Shown: positions 18,051 to 28,762, counted from the stretch's first letter. The stretch: DNA of 64,000 nucleotides from an uncultured Bacteroidales bacterium (GCA_937949745.1 CALECM010000113.1:1665-65664); one strand, 5' to 3'. Notes: generated by a model not told the origin, from the sequence alone. Program-made: numbers and translations.

Positions 18051-19682
18051 TTATCGAATAATTCTAAACATTCTGTTCCATCTGATTTTTCCTTCTCCCC
18101 ATGATTTGAATTTATCGAGAGATAACCATACAAGGAAAGCCTTACCTACGATATGGTCCTGGGGGACAAATCCCCAGAAACGGGAGTCGGCTGAATTGTG
18201 GCGGTTGTCGCCCATCATGAAATAATAATCCATTTTAAAGGTGTACCGGGAAGTTTCCACTCCGTTAATATAGATTTTACCGTCCCTTACTTCCAGTTCA
18301 TTTTTCTCATAATTGCGGATGATCCTGTCATATAAAACGATCGTGGAATCATTTAATTCAACAGTCGTTCCTTTCTTAGGTACGACAATAGTACCCATCC
18401 AGTCCCGGTTCCAGTGGTAGCGGGGATCATGGGGATAGATGGTGTAATCGAAACTGTAAGGTTCGTCGATAATTTCTTTAACCGATAATCCCATATTGAT
18501 GATTTTATCTCTTTGCTCATTGGTCAGCCAGTAAATTGTGGTGAAAGGTGTCATCTTAACCATGTCTTCTTCATTGATATTCAATGACTTTCTTTTAGAG
18601 GCCGATAATCCGATCCGGGTTGAATCCGTTACATAATAAGAATATTGTACCCTGGTAGGATCCGGCGCGGCGGTTCCATTAACATACACCTCTGTATTCT
18701 TAATCTCGAGAACATCACCGGGTATGCCGATACAACGTTTTACATAATTTTCCCTTTTATCGACAGGTCTTGCCACTACTTTATACTCTTTTTTAACGGC
18801 GTCCCTGCCCTTTCCCTGGTAATAAGGACCGGCATATTTAATCTGGAAATAGCGTATCGCATCCGGCGGATATTTCCGGTTCAGTTTTTTCTGGGCATAT
18901 TCGGGGGCATTAGGGTTCAACATGGTTTCAAATTCGCGTACGATCTCGTAATAACTTTCATTTTGCCTTTCCAGTGCCACGGTATCCCCATCCGGATAAT
19001 TGAAAACCACCACATCGTTGTTTTTAATATGGGTCAGGGCCGGAAAACGCATATAGGGCAGTGTGATCCATTCTACGTATGATTTGGTAAACTGTGTTAA
19101 CGGTAACGTATGGTGAACAAAAGGCACGGCAAGTATCGTTTGCGGAACTCTTCCGCCATAAGAAACTTTATCCACCGCCAGATAATCCCCTACCATGAGA
19201 GAACTCTCCATGGAAGAAGTCGGGATCGCGTAAAATTCAAACAGGAAAGTCCGCAGGATATATGCTGCCGCCACGGCAAAAATTAAAGCATCCGTCCATT
19301 CCCTGACCGTACTTTTCTTGAATTTGGGGAGATCCCGGAAGGAAGTGAATTTTTCTTTTTTGGAGAATCCTAAATAAGGAAAATAAAAGCATGCGAAGAA
19401 AGTTCCGAAAATGAGAGGAATATAATTCGTTTTTCCAAAAAGCCTGATGGTTTTCCAGATCATCATGTAAGTCATAAAAATACCCACAAAAGGAAAAACA
19501 ATGAGTATCATCCACCATTTCGGCCGGGAGATGATTTTGAGCCATATCCACATATTATAGACAGGTATGATTGCCTGCCATCCCTTATATCCGGCTTTTT
19601 GAAAAATGCCCCATAATCCGACATAAAAGCCTATAAAGGCTATGATCCCCATAATTGTTACTGCTCCGTATGATAATTCCAT
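18051..19682 (-). CDS. lepB: signal peptidase I with extended N-terminal multi-TM region
   Basis: 543 aa. Catalytic Ser box PTSSMESSLMVGDY. Box E GDNRHNSADSRFWGFVP. Confidence 0.88.
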   Translation of the reverse strand: MELSYGAVTIMGIIAFIGFYVGLWGIFQKAGYKGWQAIIPVYNMWIWLKIISRPKWWMILIVFPFVGIFMTYMMIWKTIRLFGKTNYIPLIFGTFFACFYFPYLGFSKKEKFTSFRDLPKFKKSTVREWTDALIFAVAAAYILRTFLFEFYAIPTSSMESSLMVGDYLAVDKVSYGGRVPQTILAVPFVHHTLPLTQFTKSYVEWITLPYMRFPALTHIKNNDVVVFNYPDGDTVALERQNESYYEIVREFETMLNPNAPEYAQKKLNRKYPPDAIRYFQIKYAGPYYQGKGRDAVKKEYKVVARPVDKRENYVKRCIGIPGDVLEIKNTEVYVNGTAAPDPTRVQYSYYVTDSTRIGLSASKRKSLNINEEDMVKMTPFTTIYWLTNEQRDKIINMGLSVKEIIDEPYSFDYTIYPHDPRYHWNRDWMGTIVVPKKGTTVELNDSTIVLYDRIIRNYEKNELEVRDGKIYINGVETSRYTFKMDYYFMMGDNRHNSADSRFWGFVPQDHIVGKAFLVWLSLDKFKSWGEGKIRWNRMFRIIR

Positions 19683-19690
19683 ATAATCAT

Positions 19691-20410
19691 TTATAAATAG
19701 TGAAAAATATCTTTAAAATCGTATCTGCCGGGATGGTCTTTCAGCCACATAGCCGCTTTTACCGCTCCCCGGGCAAAACCTTTTCTGGATTTTGCCGTAT
19801 GTTTAAGTTCAATCGTATCTTCAATAGAGTTATACTCCACTTTATGTATTCCGGTTACATCTCCTGTCCGGATCGCGTTAATCGAAAGGTTGCTTTCACT
19901 TTCCGGGTATAATGTCCAATCTTTTTTTCTCCGGATTTCCTCCAGTATAATCTCCGCTATCGAAATAGCCGTGCCGCTGGGAGCATCTTTTTTTGCCTTA
20001 TGGTGTATTTCTTCGATACTGACATCATATTGCGGCTGGTTATCCATGGTATGGGCCAAAATTTTGTTTATCATAAAGAAGATATTGGCTCCGATGCTAA
20101 AATTAGAGCCGTATATAAGCGAGCTCTCGTGATTTTCAGCCAGTCCGAGCAAATTATCGAACTTCTCTTTCCAGCCTGTAGTCCCGGTAACAACCGGAAT
20201 CTGTTTTTCAATACATTTCTTACAGTTCTCAAATGCCGTTTCCGGTGTGGAAAATTCAATGGCCACATCGCTTTCCCGTAACCGGGTATCGTATCTGTCC
20301 CAGTCTTCCGGGTGGTCGATAATAACTGATACACCTTGATGAAACTCATTTAAGACCGTTTCAATCTCTTTTCCCATTTTGCCATACCCGATAATTGCAA
20401 CGCTTAACAT
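19691..20410 (-). CDS. dapB: 4-hydroxy-tetrahydrodipicolinate reductase
   Basis: 239 aa. N-terminal GYGKMG Rossmann motif. EIHHKAKKDAPSGTA signature. Confidence 0.9.
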   Translation of the reverse strand: MLSVAIIGYGKMGKEIETVLNEFHQGVSVIIDHPEDWDRYDTRLRESDVAIEFSTPETAFENCKKCIEKQIPVVTGTTGWKEKFDNLLGLAENHESSLIYGSNFSIGANIFFMINKILAHTMDNQPQYDVSIEEIHHKAKKDAPSGTAISIAEIILEEIRRKKDWTLYPESESNLSINAIRTGDVTGIHKVEYNSIEDTIELKHTAKSRKGFARGAVKAAMWLKDHPGRYDFKDIFHYL

Positions 20411-20416
20411 AAATAA

Positions 20417-21070
20417 TTAAAAATTTAGCTTTAAAGCCAGTCCTGTAGAAAACGTTCCAAATTTATTCTTATTGTCGAACATAGGAGCAATATTTAAAGA
20501 AAGATCATCTGATATGTCGAAATTGAATAGATGGGCATCCACCAGGGCATCAATCAGGTTTAATGCATATACAATCACAAAGGCGGCCGCCGCTATTTCC
20601 ATATTCCGCAGGTGCTTATTTTTTTCCGCAGCCAGATTTTCCGTAGGATATTGACTTAGATTAGGATTATAATATTCCATTGCGTTGTATTGCCGGAAAA
20701 AGTCTTCATTCCGGAAAGCAATGGCTTTTACTGCATTATCATAAATAAAATAAGCCGAAACACCTAAACCGGCGTATATGATAGGGACCTTCCACCATTT
20801 TTTATTATAAATCTGTCCTGCGCCGGGGATCAGGGATAATAATACGGCTTTGGACGGGCTGTGCTGTTTTTGAAGAATGGAATCCTGTGTTGCCTGACTA
20901 ACGTAAATGGTACTATCGGCTGTAATAGTAAGCTCATCAGTAGGAAATTCTGAAGAATTTTGTCTTCCGAAAGGATAACCGTCGGACTGCGGGAGTGTGT
21001 CGGTTTGAGCTAAGATCTCTCCGGCAAAAAGCATGCATACACACAATATGAACCACAGACGGTAAGACAT
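20417..21070 (-). CDS. DUF5683-like membrane protein (conserved neighbour of parB in Bacteroidota)
   Basis: 217 aa. Signal peptide and internal hydrophobic helices (LSLIPGAGQIYNKKWWK). Synteny parA-parB-this-dapB-lepB. Confidence 0.6.
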   Translation of the reverse strand: MSYRLWFILCVCMLFAGEILAQTDTLPQSDGYPFGRQNSSEFPTDELTITADSTIYVSQATQDSILQKQHSPSKAVLLSLIPGAGQIYNKKWWKVPIIYAGLGVSAYFIYDNAVKAIAFRNEDFFRQYNAMEYYNPNLSQYPTENLAAEKNKHLRNMEIAAAAFVIVYALNLIDALVDAHLFNFDISDDLSLNIAPMFDNKNKFGTFSTGLALKLNF

Positions 21071-21111
21071 TTATTTTGTATAAGTTGGAGCGGGCAACCC
21101 TGCTCCTATCA

Positions 21112-22002
21112 TTAATTACTTAATAAAGACATAATCTTTTTCAACTCTTCTTCGGATTGAAAAGGAATCGAAATTTTTCCTTTGCCGGAGATATCTTTAT
21201 TGACGATAACTTTGGCATTGAGTTTTTTGGATAATGAAGTCTGGAAATTGACCACTTCGTCGGAAGGGGTTATTTTGATTTTGGTTTTCGGTTTTTTGAA
21301 TTCCACCGAATATTGTTTGACCAAAGCTTCCGTTTGTCTTACCGATAGCCCCTGGTTAATAACCTGATTCACTATTTTAGCCTGCAAATCAGGATCTTCC
21401 AGTACCACAATGGCTCTGGCGTGTCCCATGGAAATAAGATTATCCCTTATTGCTATTTGAGCTTCCCTCGATAATTTTAACAAGCGGAGATAATTGGCAA
21501 TCGTACTTCTGTTTTTGCCTACCTTATCGCTCAGTTCATCCTGGGTGAGGCTGCATTCATCCATCAGCCTTTGGTAAGAAACCGCTATTTCGATAGCATT
21601 AAGATCTTCACGCTGAATATTTTCCACCAGTGCCATCTGTATGGATAGCATGTCATCGGCCGTCCTGACGTAAGCCGGTATTTCAGATAAACCGGCCAAT
21701 TTAGCCGCGCGTAAACGGCGCTCGCCTGAGATCAACTGGTATTTCCCGTTTTCGACAGGACGTACGGTAATAGGCTGTATCAGGCCGTATGTTTTGATGG
21801 ACTGTGCCAGTTCTTCCAGTTTTTCCGATTCAAACTCAGTACGGGGCTGGTAGGGATTCGCTTCAATGGAATCTACTTTGACATAACTGTTTGTATCGGT
21901 TTTAATTCTTACTACCGAATTGGGTGAAAGGATCTCAATATCTTCTCCTAACAATGCACCCAAGCCTTTTCCTAAAGAACCGGTTTTTTTATTTTTGTCC
22001 AT
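21112..22002 (-). CDS. parB: chromosome partitioning protein ParB
   Basis: 296 aa. ParB box LISGERRLRAAKLAG and HTH region. Confidence 0.9.
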   Translation of the reverse strand: MDKNKKTGSLGKGLGALLGEDIEILSPNSVVRIKTDTNSYVKVDSIEANPYQPRTEFESEKLEELAQSIKTYGLIQPITVRPVENGKYQLISGERRLRAAKLAGLSEIPAYVRTADDMLSIQMALVENIQREDLNAIEIAVSYQRLMDECSLTQDELSDKVGKNRSTIANYLRLLKLSREAQIAIRDNLISMGHARAIVVLEDPDLQAKIVNQVINQGLSVRQTEALVKQYSVEFKKPKTKIKITPSDEVVNFQTSLSKKLNAKVIVNKDISGKGKISIPFQSEEELKKIMSLLSN

Positions 22003-22007
22003 ATAAT

Positions 22008-22787
22008 TTATTTGCTTATCAGGTAGCCGTTATTCACAAGTATTTCTTTCGCCAGGTTGAGATGATTGGTCGTTCCCCTGGATTGGATATCGTAAAGCAG
22101 GATCGGCTTTCCATGGCTTGGCGCTTCGCTCAGGCGAATATTTCTTGAAATAACAGTATCGAATACTATATTTTTGCAATGGGATTTCACATCTTCCACG
22201 ACAGCGTTGGCTAATTTTAACCGCGAATCATACATGGTGAGTAATATTCCTTCTATGGTAAGCTGGGGATTCATTCCCGACTGGATAAGCCGTACGGTAT
22301 TCAGCAGTTTCCCGAGACCTTCCAGTGCGAAATATTCACATTGTACGGGAATTATGACGGAATCGGAAGCGACCAGCGCATTCAGTGTGATCAGGCCTAA
22401 AGAAGGGGCACAATCGATCAGGATAAAATCATATTCGTTTTTGAGCGTGTGGATCGCGTCTTTCAGCCGGAATTCGCGACGATCCAGAGAGATCATTTCC
22501 AGTTCGGCACCTACTAAATCTATATGAGCCGGAATAATGGATAAGTTCGGAGTTTCCGTAGGCTGGATAATATCCTGGGCAAATTTATTACCGAGAATGC
22601 AATCATAGATACTGAATTCTATTTTGTTTTGTTCCAGTCCCACGCCTGCAGTAGCATTTGCCTGCGGGTCGGCATCGATAAGTAAAGTTTTGAATTCCAA
22701 TACGGCAAGTGATGCCGCCAGATTGACAGCAGTCGTTGTCTTACCTACCCCGCCCTTCTGATTAACGACAGCTATTACTTTGCCCAT
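22008..22787 (-). CDS. parA: chromosome partitioning ATPase ParA/Soj
   Basis: 259 aa. Deviant Walker A NQKGGVGKTTTAVNLA. Confidence 0.92.
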   Translation of the reverse strand: MGKVIAVVNQKGGVGKTTTAVNLAASLAVLEFKTLLIDADPQANATAGVGLEQNKIEFSIYDCILGNKFAQDIIQPTETPNLSIIPAHIDLVGAELEMISLDRREFRLKDAIHTLKNEYDFILIDCAPSLGLITLNALVASDSVIIPVQCEYFALEGLGKLLNTVRLIQSGMNPQLTIEGILLTMYDSRLKLANAVVEDVKSHCKNIVFDTVISRNIRLSEAPSHGKPILLYDIQSRGTTNHLNLAKEILVNNGYLISK

Positions 22788-22788
22788 T

Positions 22789-23118
22789 TTACGCCTCCAG
22801 ATCTTCGAAATTTAAATCGGATGAGTTAGCCTGGATGTTTTCGTTATCGAATAATATTTCATCCGGAATTTTACCGGTTTCGATAAATTCCAAAACTCCT
22901 TTTAATGCATCCTGAAATTTGGAAAAATCTTCTTTATATAGAAAGAGTTTATGTTTTTCATAATAAAAAGTACCGTTGTCAGCGTTGAATTTCCTTTTGC
23001 TTTCGGTAATAGTCAGATACTTTTCATCATTTTTAGTGGCTTTAACGTCAAAAAAATAAGTACGCTTCCCCGCTCTCACGGCTCTTGACAAAATTTCATT
23101 TTTTTCTTGTTTTTCCAT
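22789..23118 (-). CDS. DUF3276 / PUR-alpha-like nucleic-acid-binding protein
   Basis: 109 aa. RAGKRTYFFDVKATKNDEKYLTITESKR motif. Confidence 0.7.
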   Translation of the reverse strand: MEKQEKNEILSRAVRAGKRTYFFDVKATKNDEKYLTITESKRKFNADNGTFYYEKHKLFLYKEDFSKFQDALKGVLEFIETGKIPDEILFDNENIQANSSDLNFEDLEA

Positions 23119-23200
23119 CTCTCTGATTGTTGTTTTCTAAAATTAAACCTTATTAACAGTGCAAAGATAATATAAAGATAATAACGTTAACGGGGGTTGA

Positions 23201-25147
23201 TTATTTTTTATTTCCACCTTTCTGGAGTTGTGCCTGTTGCTTAGCCACTTCTTCCATACGAAGTTGCCATTTGGATTTTTTTACCGGTTTCTTCATATTG
23301 AGTTTGATTTTCTCCCTGAGCTTATCTTCGTTCACCGCTACGCGGAAAATCCACATCTGGAAGAAGGTGATCAGGTTCACTAATAAATAGTAATAGGTAA
23401 GAGCGGCCGGGAAGCTGTTAAACATGCCTAAGAACAGCAACGGCATAATATACATCATGATCTTCATCGATTTTTGAGTCGGATCATTGCCTTGCGCCAT
23501 CAGCTTATTGTTCATCCAGGTATAGATCAGCGTGGCAATCGTCATCAATAAAGTAAACAGACTGACGTGATCACCGTAGAAAGGAATGTTAAAACCTAAA
23601 TCAAGTACTGAATCGTAAGTGGAAAGATCGTCGGCCCAAAGAAAACTCTTTTGGCGAAGCTCATAGGCTGACGGGAAGAATCTGAACATGGCGACCAGGA
23701 TCGGCATTTGTAAAAGCAGCGGTAAACAACCGGCCATAGGACTGACCCCGGCGCTTTTATAGAGATTCATGGTAGCCTGTTGTTTTTTGGCCATATCTTC
23801 CGGTTTCGGATAGCGTGCGGTAATCTCCTCGATCTCAGGCTTCAGGGCACGCATACGGGCGGATGACAGGTAATTTTTATAGGCGATGGGTAATAACACC
23901 AATTTCAGGATAATGGTCAGGATCAGAATAATGAGCCCATAATTCAACCCGTAACCTTCCAGCCAGTTGAAAATCGGGATTACGGCGAAGCGGTTGATCC
24001 ATTGTAAGAGGAAAAATCCCCATCCGATGGGAACCATACGTTCCATGTTCAGGTCATATTCTTTAAGAAGTTTGAATTGGTTCGGCCCGAAATAAAATGA
24101 AAAGTCAAACTCTCCCTGGTTAAGGTCGCTGATCTCGAAATCAAGATAGGCGTTCATTTCCTTAAGCCTGTGGCGTTCATTATTATCAGGCAGGGTCACA
24201 TTTAATTCCCCGCTTGAGAAATTACCGGAATTGGCGATGATCACCGAAGTGAAAAATTGTTGTTTATAAGCCACCCATTTTATAGGAGAAGTCAGGTTTT
24301 TCTTATCATTCGAACGTTCACTCAGGTTTTCCACATCATTCAGGTTATCCATGTAGTAAAGCGTCGTGATATTCTTTTCGTATTCATAATTTTTCTCCAG
24401 GTTGATAAGCTGCGCGTCCCAGTCAAGTGTAAAAGAATGACTGTTGGGATAGAGGTATGGAACCATGTTGACGAACCGGATATTAAAATCAAATTTATAT
24501 TCGCCCGGAGTAAAGGTGTATAAATATTCAATATAACTGTTCCTGTCCAATTGTCCGATAGTAGTACTGTCACCTTCGGATTCTCCTTTAGCCGTGGGAT
24601 AAAGCTTAATGGAGAAAAGGCCTGTTCCGTCTTCCAGAACATTATGAACCTGATTTTCCATATTATCCGCAAGGAAATAATAATCCCGGGTGTTCACGAC
24701 GGTTTGGTCGCGAAGCATAAAATCCACTGTCATGGAGGAATTCCTTCCTTCAAACAGTACCAGTGGAATTTTTATCGAATCGACAGGAGAATATTTGTAA
24801 ACATCTTTAAGTTCAACCTGGGTTATGTAACCTCCTTTTTTCGCAATGCTGTATTTGGCGAGATCGGTTTCTACCACATAATCAGAATTGTCGTTTAATT
24901 CCAAAGTAGAAAAAGGTTTTTCATAAGCAACGTGTCGGTTAGTTCTTTGTGTCGGACTGCCTGAAGCCACCGTGTCCATTATGGCGGTAGCATCCGGCAG
25001 GGGTTCCGCAACCTGTTCAGCCATTTGTTCCATGGCTTCTTTGACCTGTTCTTCTCTTTTTTTCGCGTTCTGAGATGAATTATAGAAACTAAAACCCAGT
25101 ACCAAAGCAAATAAGAGTAAAAAGCCGATAAGTGTATTTTTGTCCAT
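23201..25147 (-). CDS. yidC: membrane protein insertase YidC
   Basis: About 648 aa. N-terminal TM, large periplasmic domain, C-terminal conserved core (GCLPLLLQMPILVAMFRFF). Start set at MDKNTLIG (25147). The upstream MYFC extension is a translated promoter box. Confidence 0.9.
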   Translation of the reverse strand: MDKNTLIGFLLLFALVLGFSFYNSSQNAKKREEQVKEAMEQMAEQVAEPLPDATAIMDTVASGSPTQRTNRHVAYEKPFSTLELNDNSDYVVETDLAKYSIAKKGGYITQVELKDVYKYSPVDSIKIPLVLFEGRNSSMTVDFMLRDQTVVNTRDYYFLADNMENQVHNVLEDGTGLFSIKLYPTAKGESEGDSTTIGQLDRNSYIEYLYTFTPGEYKFDFNIRFVNMVPYLYPNSHSFTLDWDAQLINLEKNYEYEKNITTLYYMDNLNDVENLSERSNDKKNLTSPIKWVAYKQQFFTSVIIANSGNFSSGELNVTLPDNNERHRLKEMNAYLDFEISDLNQGEFDFSFYFGPNQFKLLKEYDLNMERMVPIGWGFFLLQWINRFAVIPIFNWLEGYGLNYGLIILILTIILKLVLLPIAYKNYLSSARMRALKPEIEEITARYPKPEDMAKKQQATMNLYKSAGVSPMAGCLPLLLQMPILVAMFRFFPSAYELRQKSFLWADDLSTYDSVLDLGFNIPFYGDHVSLFTLLMTIATLIYTWMNNKLMAQGNDPTQKSMKIMMYIMPLLFLGMFNSFPAALTYYYLLVNLITFFQMWIFRVAVNEDKLREKIKLNMKKPVKKSKWQLRMEEVAKQQAQLQKGGNKK

Positions 25148-25166
25148 CCTTGATTTTTTAAGCCTG

Positions 25167-25174
25167 CAAAAATA
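25167..25174 (-). promoter_or_regulatory. Bacteroidota -7 promoter box (TATTTTTG on minus strand) for yidC
   Basis: Plus strand reads CAAAAATA, 20 nt upstream of the ATG at 25147. Confidence 0.45.
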
Positions 25175-25293
25175 CAAAAAAACCCATTATACCCGCCTGT
25201 TAATTCCGGATAAATCCACCATGTTAAGAAGAGGATATTTCTATATTATTTTTTTAATTTTTATTATGATAGGCATGTATGTAAAATTAATTG

Positions 25294-25301
25294 TATATTT
25301 G
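25294..25301 (+). promoter_or_regulatory. Bacteroidota -7 promoter box TATATTTG
   Basis: Matches TAnnTTTG, 29 nt upstream of the ATG at 25330. Confidence 0.4.
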
Positions 25302-25329
25302 CCGTGTTAAATTTTTTAAATAAGTTAAA

Positions 25330-25626
25330 ATGAACATTTTTATTGGAAGCTTACCTTTTGCAACTAAGGAAAGCGAATTAAGACAATTCTTCGAAAACTA
25401 CGGAGAAGTTAGTAGAGCATCTATTATTTCCGACAAATTTACGGGAAGAAGCCGTGGATTCGGTTTTGTTGAGATGCCTGACGATGACTCTGCAAGAAGA
25501 GCAATCGAAGGATTAAACGGGTCGGAAGTTAGCGGCCGTAGTATTGTAGTTAAAGAAGCCCTTGAAAGGGATGATTCAAGAAGCAGAAATAGCTACAACC
25601 AACGCAGGGATAATGAATACAGATAA
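25330..25626 (+). CDS. RRM-type RNA-binding protein
   Basis: 98 aa. RNP2 IFIGSL and RNP1 RGFGFVEM. Confidence 0.9.
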   Translation: MNIFIGSLPFATKESELRQFFENYGEVSRASIISDKFTGRSRGFGFVEMPDDDSARRAIEGLNGSEVSGRSIVVKEALERDDSRSRNSYNQRRDNEYR

Positions 25627-25650
25627 ATAACGTTTGCTTTTTGTTATCTT

Positions 25651-25680
25651 AAAAAACAGTCTTTATGACTGTTTTTTTTT
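25651..25680 (+). terminator. rho-independent terminator
   Basis: AAAAAACAGTC-TTTAT-GACTGTTTTTTTTT downstream of the RRM gene. Confidence 0.7.
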
Positions 25681-25729
25681 GACCCGGAATTACAAAATTC
25701 ACTTTAATTATTAAATTTAACAAGTCCCG

Positions 25730-26692
25730 ATGGATCATACAACATCCGCCCTTTTTCCCTGGGGAGATCATAGAAGATATCATTCCTACAAAAATTTTCT
25801 TACCCGGCAATTCGGGAAAAGAGTGCAGAAACTGACGATAGACGCCGGTTTTACCTGTCCGAACAGGGATGGGACCGTCGGTTACGGAGGTTGTAGTTAT
25901 TGTCTCAATGACGCTTTTAACCCGTCATACTGTAGTCCGAAAAAAAGTGTCCGCCAACAACTGGAAGAAGGTATCGAATTCCATCGTAACCGCTATAAAC
26001 GGGCTGATGGTTATCTTGCTTATTTTCAGGCTTATTCCAATACTTATGCTTCTCTGGAAGAATTAAAAAAAATCTATCATGAGGCGGTAATACATCCGGA
26101 AATAAAAGGCATTGTGATCGGAACCCGTCCGGATTGTATGGATGAGGAAAAACTCGAATATTTCGCCCGGTTACAGGAAAAGTTCTTTGTTTCACTGGAA
26201 TATGGTATCGAAAGTATCCACAACCCTACCCTAAGCCGGATCAACAGGGGGCACACCTTTGAACAGGCATCGGATATGCTCGAAAAGACTTCCCGTTACG
26301 GGATCCATACCGGGGCACATTTTATATTCGGACTTCCTGGCGAAAATCCGGAAATATGGAAATCAGATCTTACGATAATCAATCAATTGCCCGTCAAGAG
26401 TATCAAATTCCATCAGTTGCAGATCATTAAAAATACCGCCATGGAAAAGGAATATTTCCTTTCGCCGGAGTCGTTCCATCTTTTTACCATGGATGAATAT
26501 ATCGAATTTATCGTGGATTATACGGAAAGGCTGAATCCCTGCATTGTAATTGAAAGATTTGCCGGCGAGGTACCTCCCAAATTTCTGGCTGTAGGCGACT
26601 GGGGCATGGTAAGATATGACGTGGTATTGCAAAAAATTGAAAAAAAACTGGAAGAAAAAGATACTTTTCAGGGAAAAAAATATTCCGGCTGA
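25730..26692 (+). CDS. TIGR01212-family radical SAM protein
   Basis: 320 aa. GFTCPNRDGTVGYGGCSYC cluster motif characteristic of this family. Confidence 0.85.
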   Translation: MDHTTSALFPWGDHRRYHSYKNFLTRQFGKRVQKLTIDAGFTCPNRDGTVGYGGCSYCLNDAFNPSYCSPKKSVRQQLEEGIEFHRNRYKRADGYLAYFQAYSNTYASLEELKKIYHEAVIHPEIKGIVIGTRPDCMDEEKLEYFARLQEKFFVSLEYGIESIHNPTLSRINRGHTFEQASDMLEKTSRYGIHTGAHFIFGLPGENPEIWKSDLTIINQLPVKSIKFHQLQIIKNTAMEKEYFLSPESFHLFTMDEYIEFIVDYTERLNPCIVIERFAGEVPPKFLAVGDWGMVRYDVVLQKIEKKLEEKDTFQGKKYSG

Positions 26693-26697
26693 TCACA

Positions 26698-27264
26698 CTA
26701 ATTCCCTTTCTTCAACCTGAAGATATTTTTATGTTCGGGCGCGACTATAAAAAGATGGGCTGATTTCAGGTTATCGTCTTTCATTTTATATCTGATTGAA
26801 TAGTAATTCCCTTCTTCCTGAAGATATCCGTTCATTAAACTGAAATAACGACTAATGGAATAAGCGCTGCTTTCCGATAATAAAGGTGAAAATAATGTGT
26901 CTAAAGCAAAAGAAACAAGTTCTTCGTATCGTGTATCCACAGGCGTCGTATTCCAATGGATTATATTCCAGTCCGACCTGTCAAAAGGAGGATTCTGGGG
27001 ATAATCAGTGAAAAAATAACCGGGTGGCGATTTAAAATAAGCAAGGTCGGCCTGACTGATACCCAACACTTCCAGATCCAAACTTTTATTCCCGATATTT
27101 AAAAGAGGTTCATGGGTGAAAATGTAAAGATCACCGTCTATTTTGCGACCGAAAGTTTTCCTGTTTTCGTCATTTTTACTTTTAAATCCGAAAAAAATAA
27201 GTGCGATTAATGCGATTACGAAAAAGACCTTAGTCAGGAGAACCAAAATCCCGTTTTTATCCAC
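26698..27264 (-). CDS. hypothetical membrane-anchored protein
   Basis: 188 aa with an N-terminal TM helix. Translationally coupled to the upstream TPR gene. Confidence 0.55.
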   Translation of the reverse strand: MDKNGILVLLTKVFFVIALIALIFFGFKSKNDENRKTFGRKIDGDLYIFTHEPLLNIGNKSLDLEVLGISQADLAYFKSPPGYFFTDYPQNPPFDRSDWNIIHWNTTPVDTRYEELVSFALDTLFSPLLSESSAYSISRYFSLMNGYLQEEGNYYSIRYKMKDDNLKSAHLFIVAPEHKNIFRLKKGN

Positions 27265-27267
27265 TTT

Positions 27268-28692
27268 TTAATTATTAAGTTCGGCTTTTACAATCTTATC
27301 TTTTATATCCTGGTTAGTCATCCCTTTTTTTTGAGCAAGTTTCCATGATTTAACAGCTTCTTCCCTGTTGTCAAGAGCCAGATAGGCATCTCCCAGAATA
27401 TTATAAATATTGGCCAGGAGAGTATTTTCATAAGCATACATCGAAGCCTGGTTCAAATAATTGATAGCTTTATCGGGCTGTTTTATCTTCAAAAAAGAGA
27501 CTCCTATATTATAAAGCATCATGGAATTTGTGGGGAAAAGTTCGGTGATCTCTTCCGCATTGTTCGCTATGGTCTGATAATCTTTTAACTGTACAAGGGT
27601 ATATAAATAATCCTCCCACACCTCAAACTGAGTATTATCGAGCGAAAGGACTTTTTCCAAAGATATACGGGCTTCCTGATAAGAACCTTTCAGGAGTTGT
27701 AAACCGGCTAAAGTACCCCAGGCTTCAATGGATTCAGGGTGGGCTTCCAGTAATGCCTCTATCAGTTGCCGTGTTTTCTTAATGGATTTTTCCTCCTTGG
27801 TTCGATATGCCGCCGAGAAATATTCAGTCAAAAGCGGTAATTTTTCTTCGATAATAAGGTTGGGACTTCTGAATGCCATTAAGAGGTATTTAAAGCTCTC
27901 ATCCTGTTTCCCTTTTTCCTGGTAATAATTGGATAACGAAAGTTGGGTTAACGGATTGTTTTTATCTATTTGTAGGGCCTTTTCGTAATAAGAATAAGCT
28001 TTATCCGGTACGTTATTGGTTAAATAGATGTTTCCGGCATAATTATAATATTTAACTTCATAAGGATATAATCTGATCAGTTTGTCATACTCTGCCACGG
28101 CGCTTTTCACATCGTTTAAATAGAGATAGATATTTTTTTTGGCATTACTGATCTCGTCATTGACTCCAACAATTCTTTCCAGTCGGTCGTATACTTTGAT
28201 CACATCCGTGAATTTCTCCTGGTTAAGATAAGATTCAGCAAGAGAAAAAAGATAAAATTCATTATCAGGTTTTAACTTACTGGCTTCTTCCCATAATTTA
28301 GCGGACTGTTTGTGTTCCCCCAAATTATCATACGTTTTGGCCATTTCGACAAGATACCATTCGTTCTGTTTATCTATCTTTCGTGCTTCTCCAAGGTAAT
28401 AGGCGGCTCCCGCATAATCACGGTTAGCGCTCCGGATTTTGCCAAGCATAAAGAAAGCAGCATCATTCTGAGGATTTTGAGAAATCACCTGGCGGAAATT
28501 CCGTTCGGCCGCCGTATAATTGTCAGCGTAAAATTCACGCAAACCGTCGGCAAACTGTGCGGATTGCTTGCGGGTATCTTCCGTAATGACGGGCATCTTA
28601 TTATTTTTCCCGTTTTTTTGTGCATACAACGGACTAAATAATGACAAAGCCAGCACTATGGATATTATATATTTTATTTTTCTTATCGGCAT
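27268..28692 (-). CDS. tetratricopeptide-repeat protein
   Basis: 474 aa. Signal peptide and multiple TPR-like A..Y/A..P repeats. Confidence 0.8.
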   Translation of the reverse strand: MPIRKIKYIISIVLALSLFSPLYAQKNGKNNKMPVITEDTRKQSAQFADGLREFYADNYTAAERNFRQVISQNPQNDAAFFMLGKIRSANRDYAGAAYYLGEARKIDKQNEWYLVEMAKTYDNLGEHKQSAKLWEEASKLKPDNEFYLFSLAESYLNQEKFTDVIKVYDRLERIVGVNDEISNAKKNIYLYLNDVKSAVAEYDKLIRLYPYEVKYYNYAGNIYLTNNVPDKAYSYYEKALQIDKNNPLTQLSLSNYYQEKGKQDESFKYLLMAFRSPNLIIEEKLPLLTEYFSAAYRTKEEKSIKKTRQLIEALLEAHPESIEAWGTLAGLQLLKGSYQEARISLEKVLSLDNTQFEVWEDYLYTLVQLKDYQTIANNAEEITELFPTNSMMLYNIGVSFLKIKQPDKAINYLNQASMYAYENTLLANIYNILGDAYLALDNREEAVKSWKLAQKKGMTNQDIKDKIVKAELNN

Positions 28693-28762
28693 ATTATCTT
28701 TTCCGGTTAGGTGAATTAATTCAACGTGAGAACGTTTTATTTATTATGGATCGGACAGTTAG

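Noticed and set aside
25148-25177. The N-terminal extension MYFCRLKKSR of yidC. Analogous MYFC starts occur at 47122 and 60650.
   Set aside because: The ATG-TAT-TTT-TGC codons are the -7 promoter box TAnnTTTG read as protein. Proper signal-peptide-like starts lie downstream.
27257-27265. DnaA-box-like 9-mers (TTATCCACT here, TGTGGATAT at 11386-11394) raising the idea of oriC near the parAB/yidC region.
   Set aside because: They are isolated 8/9 matches, one of them at a gene junction. There is no cluster of boxes, no adjacent AT-rich unwinding element, and no dnaA in the window.
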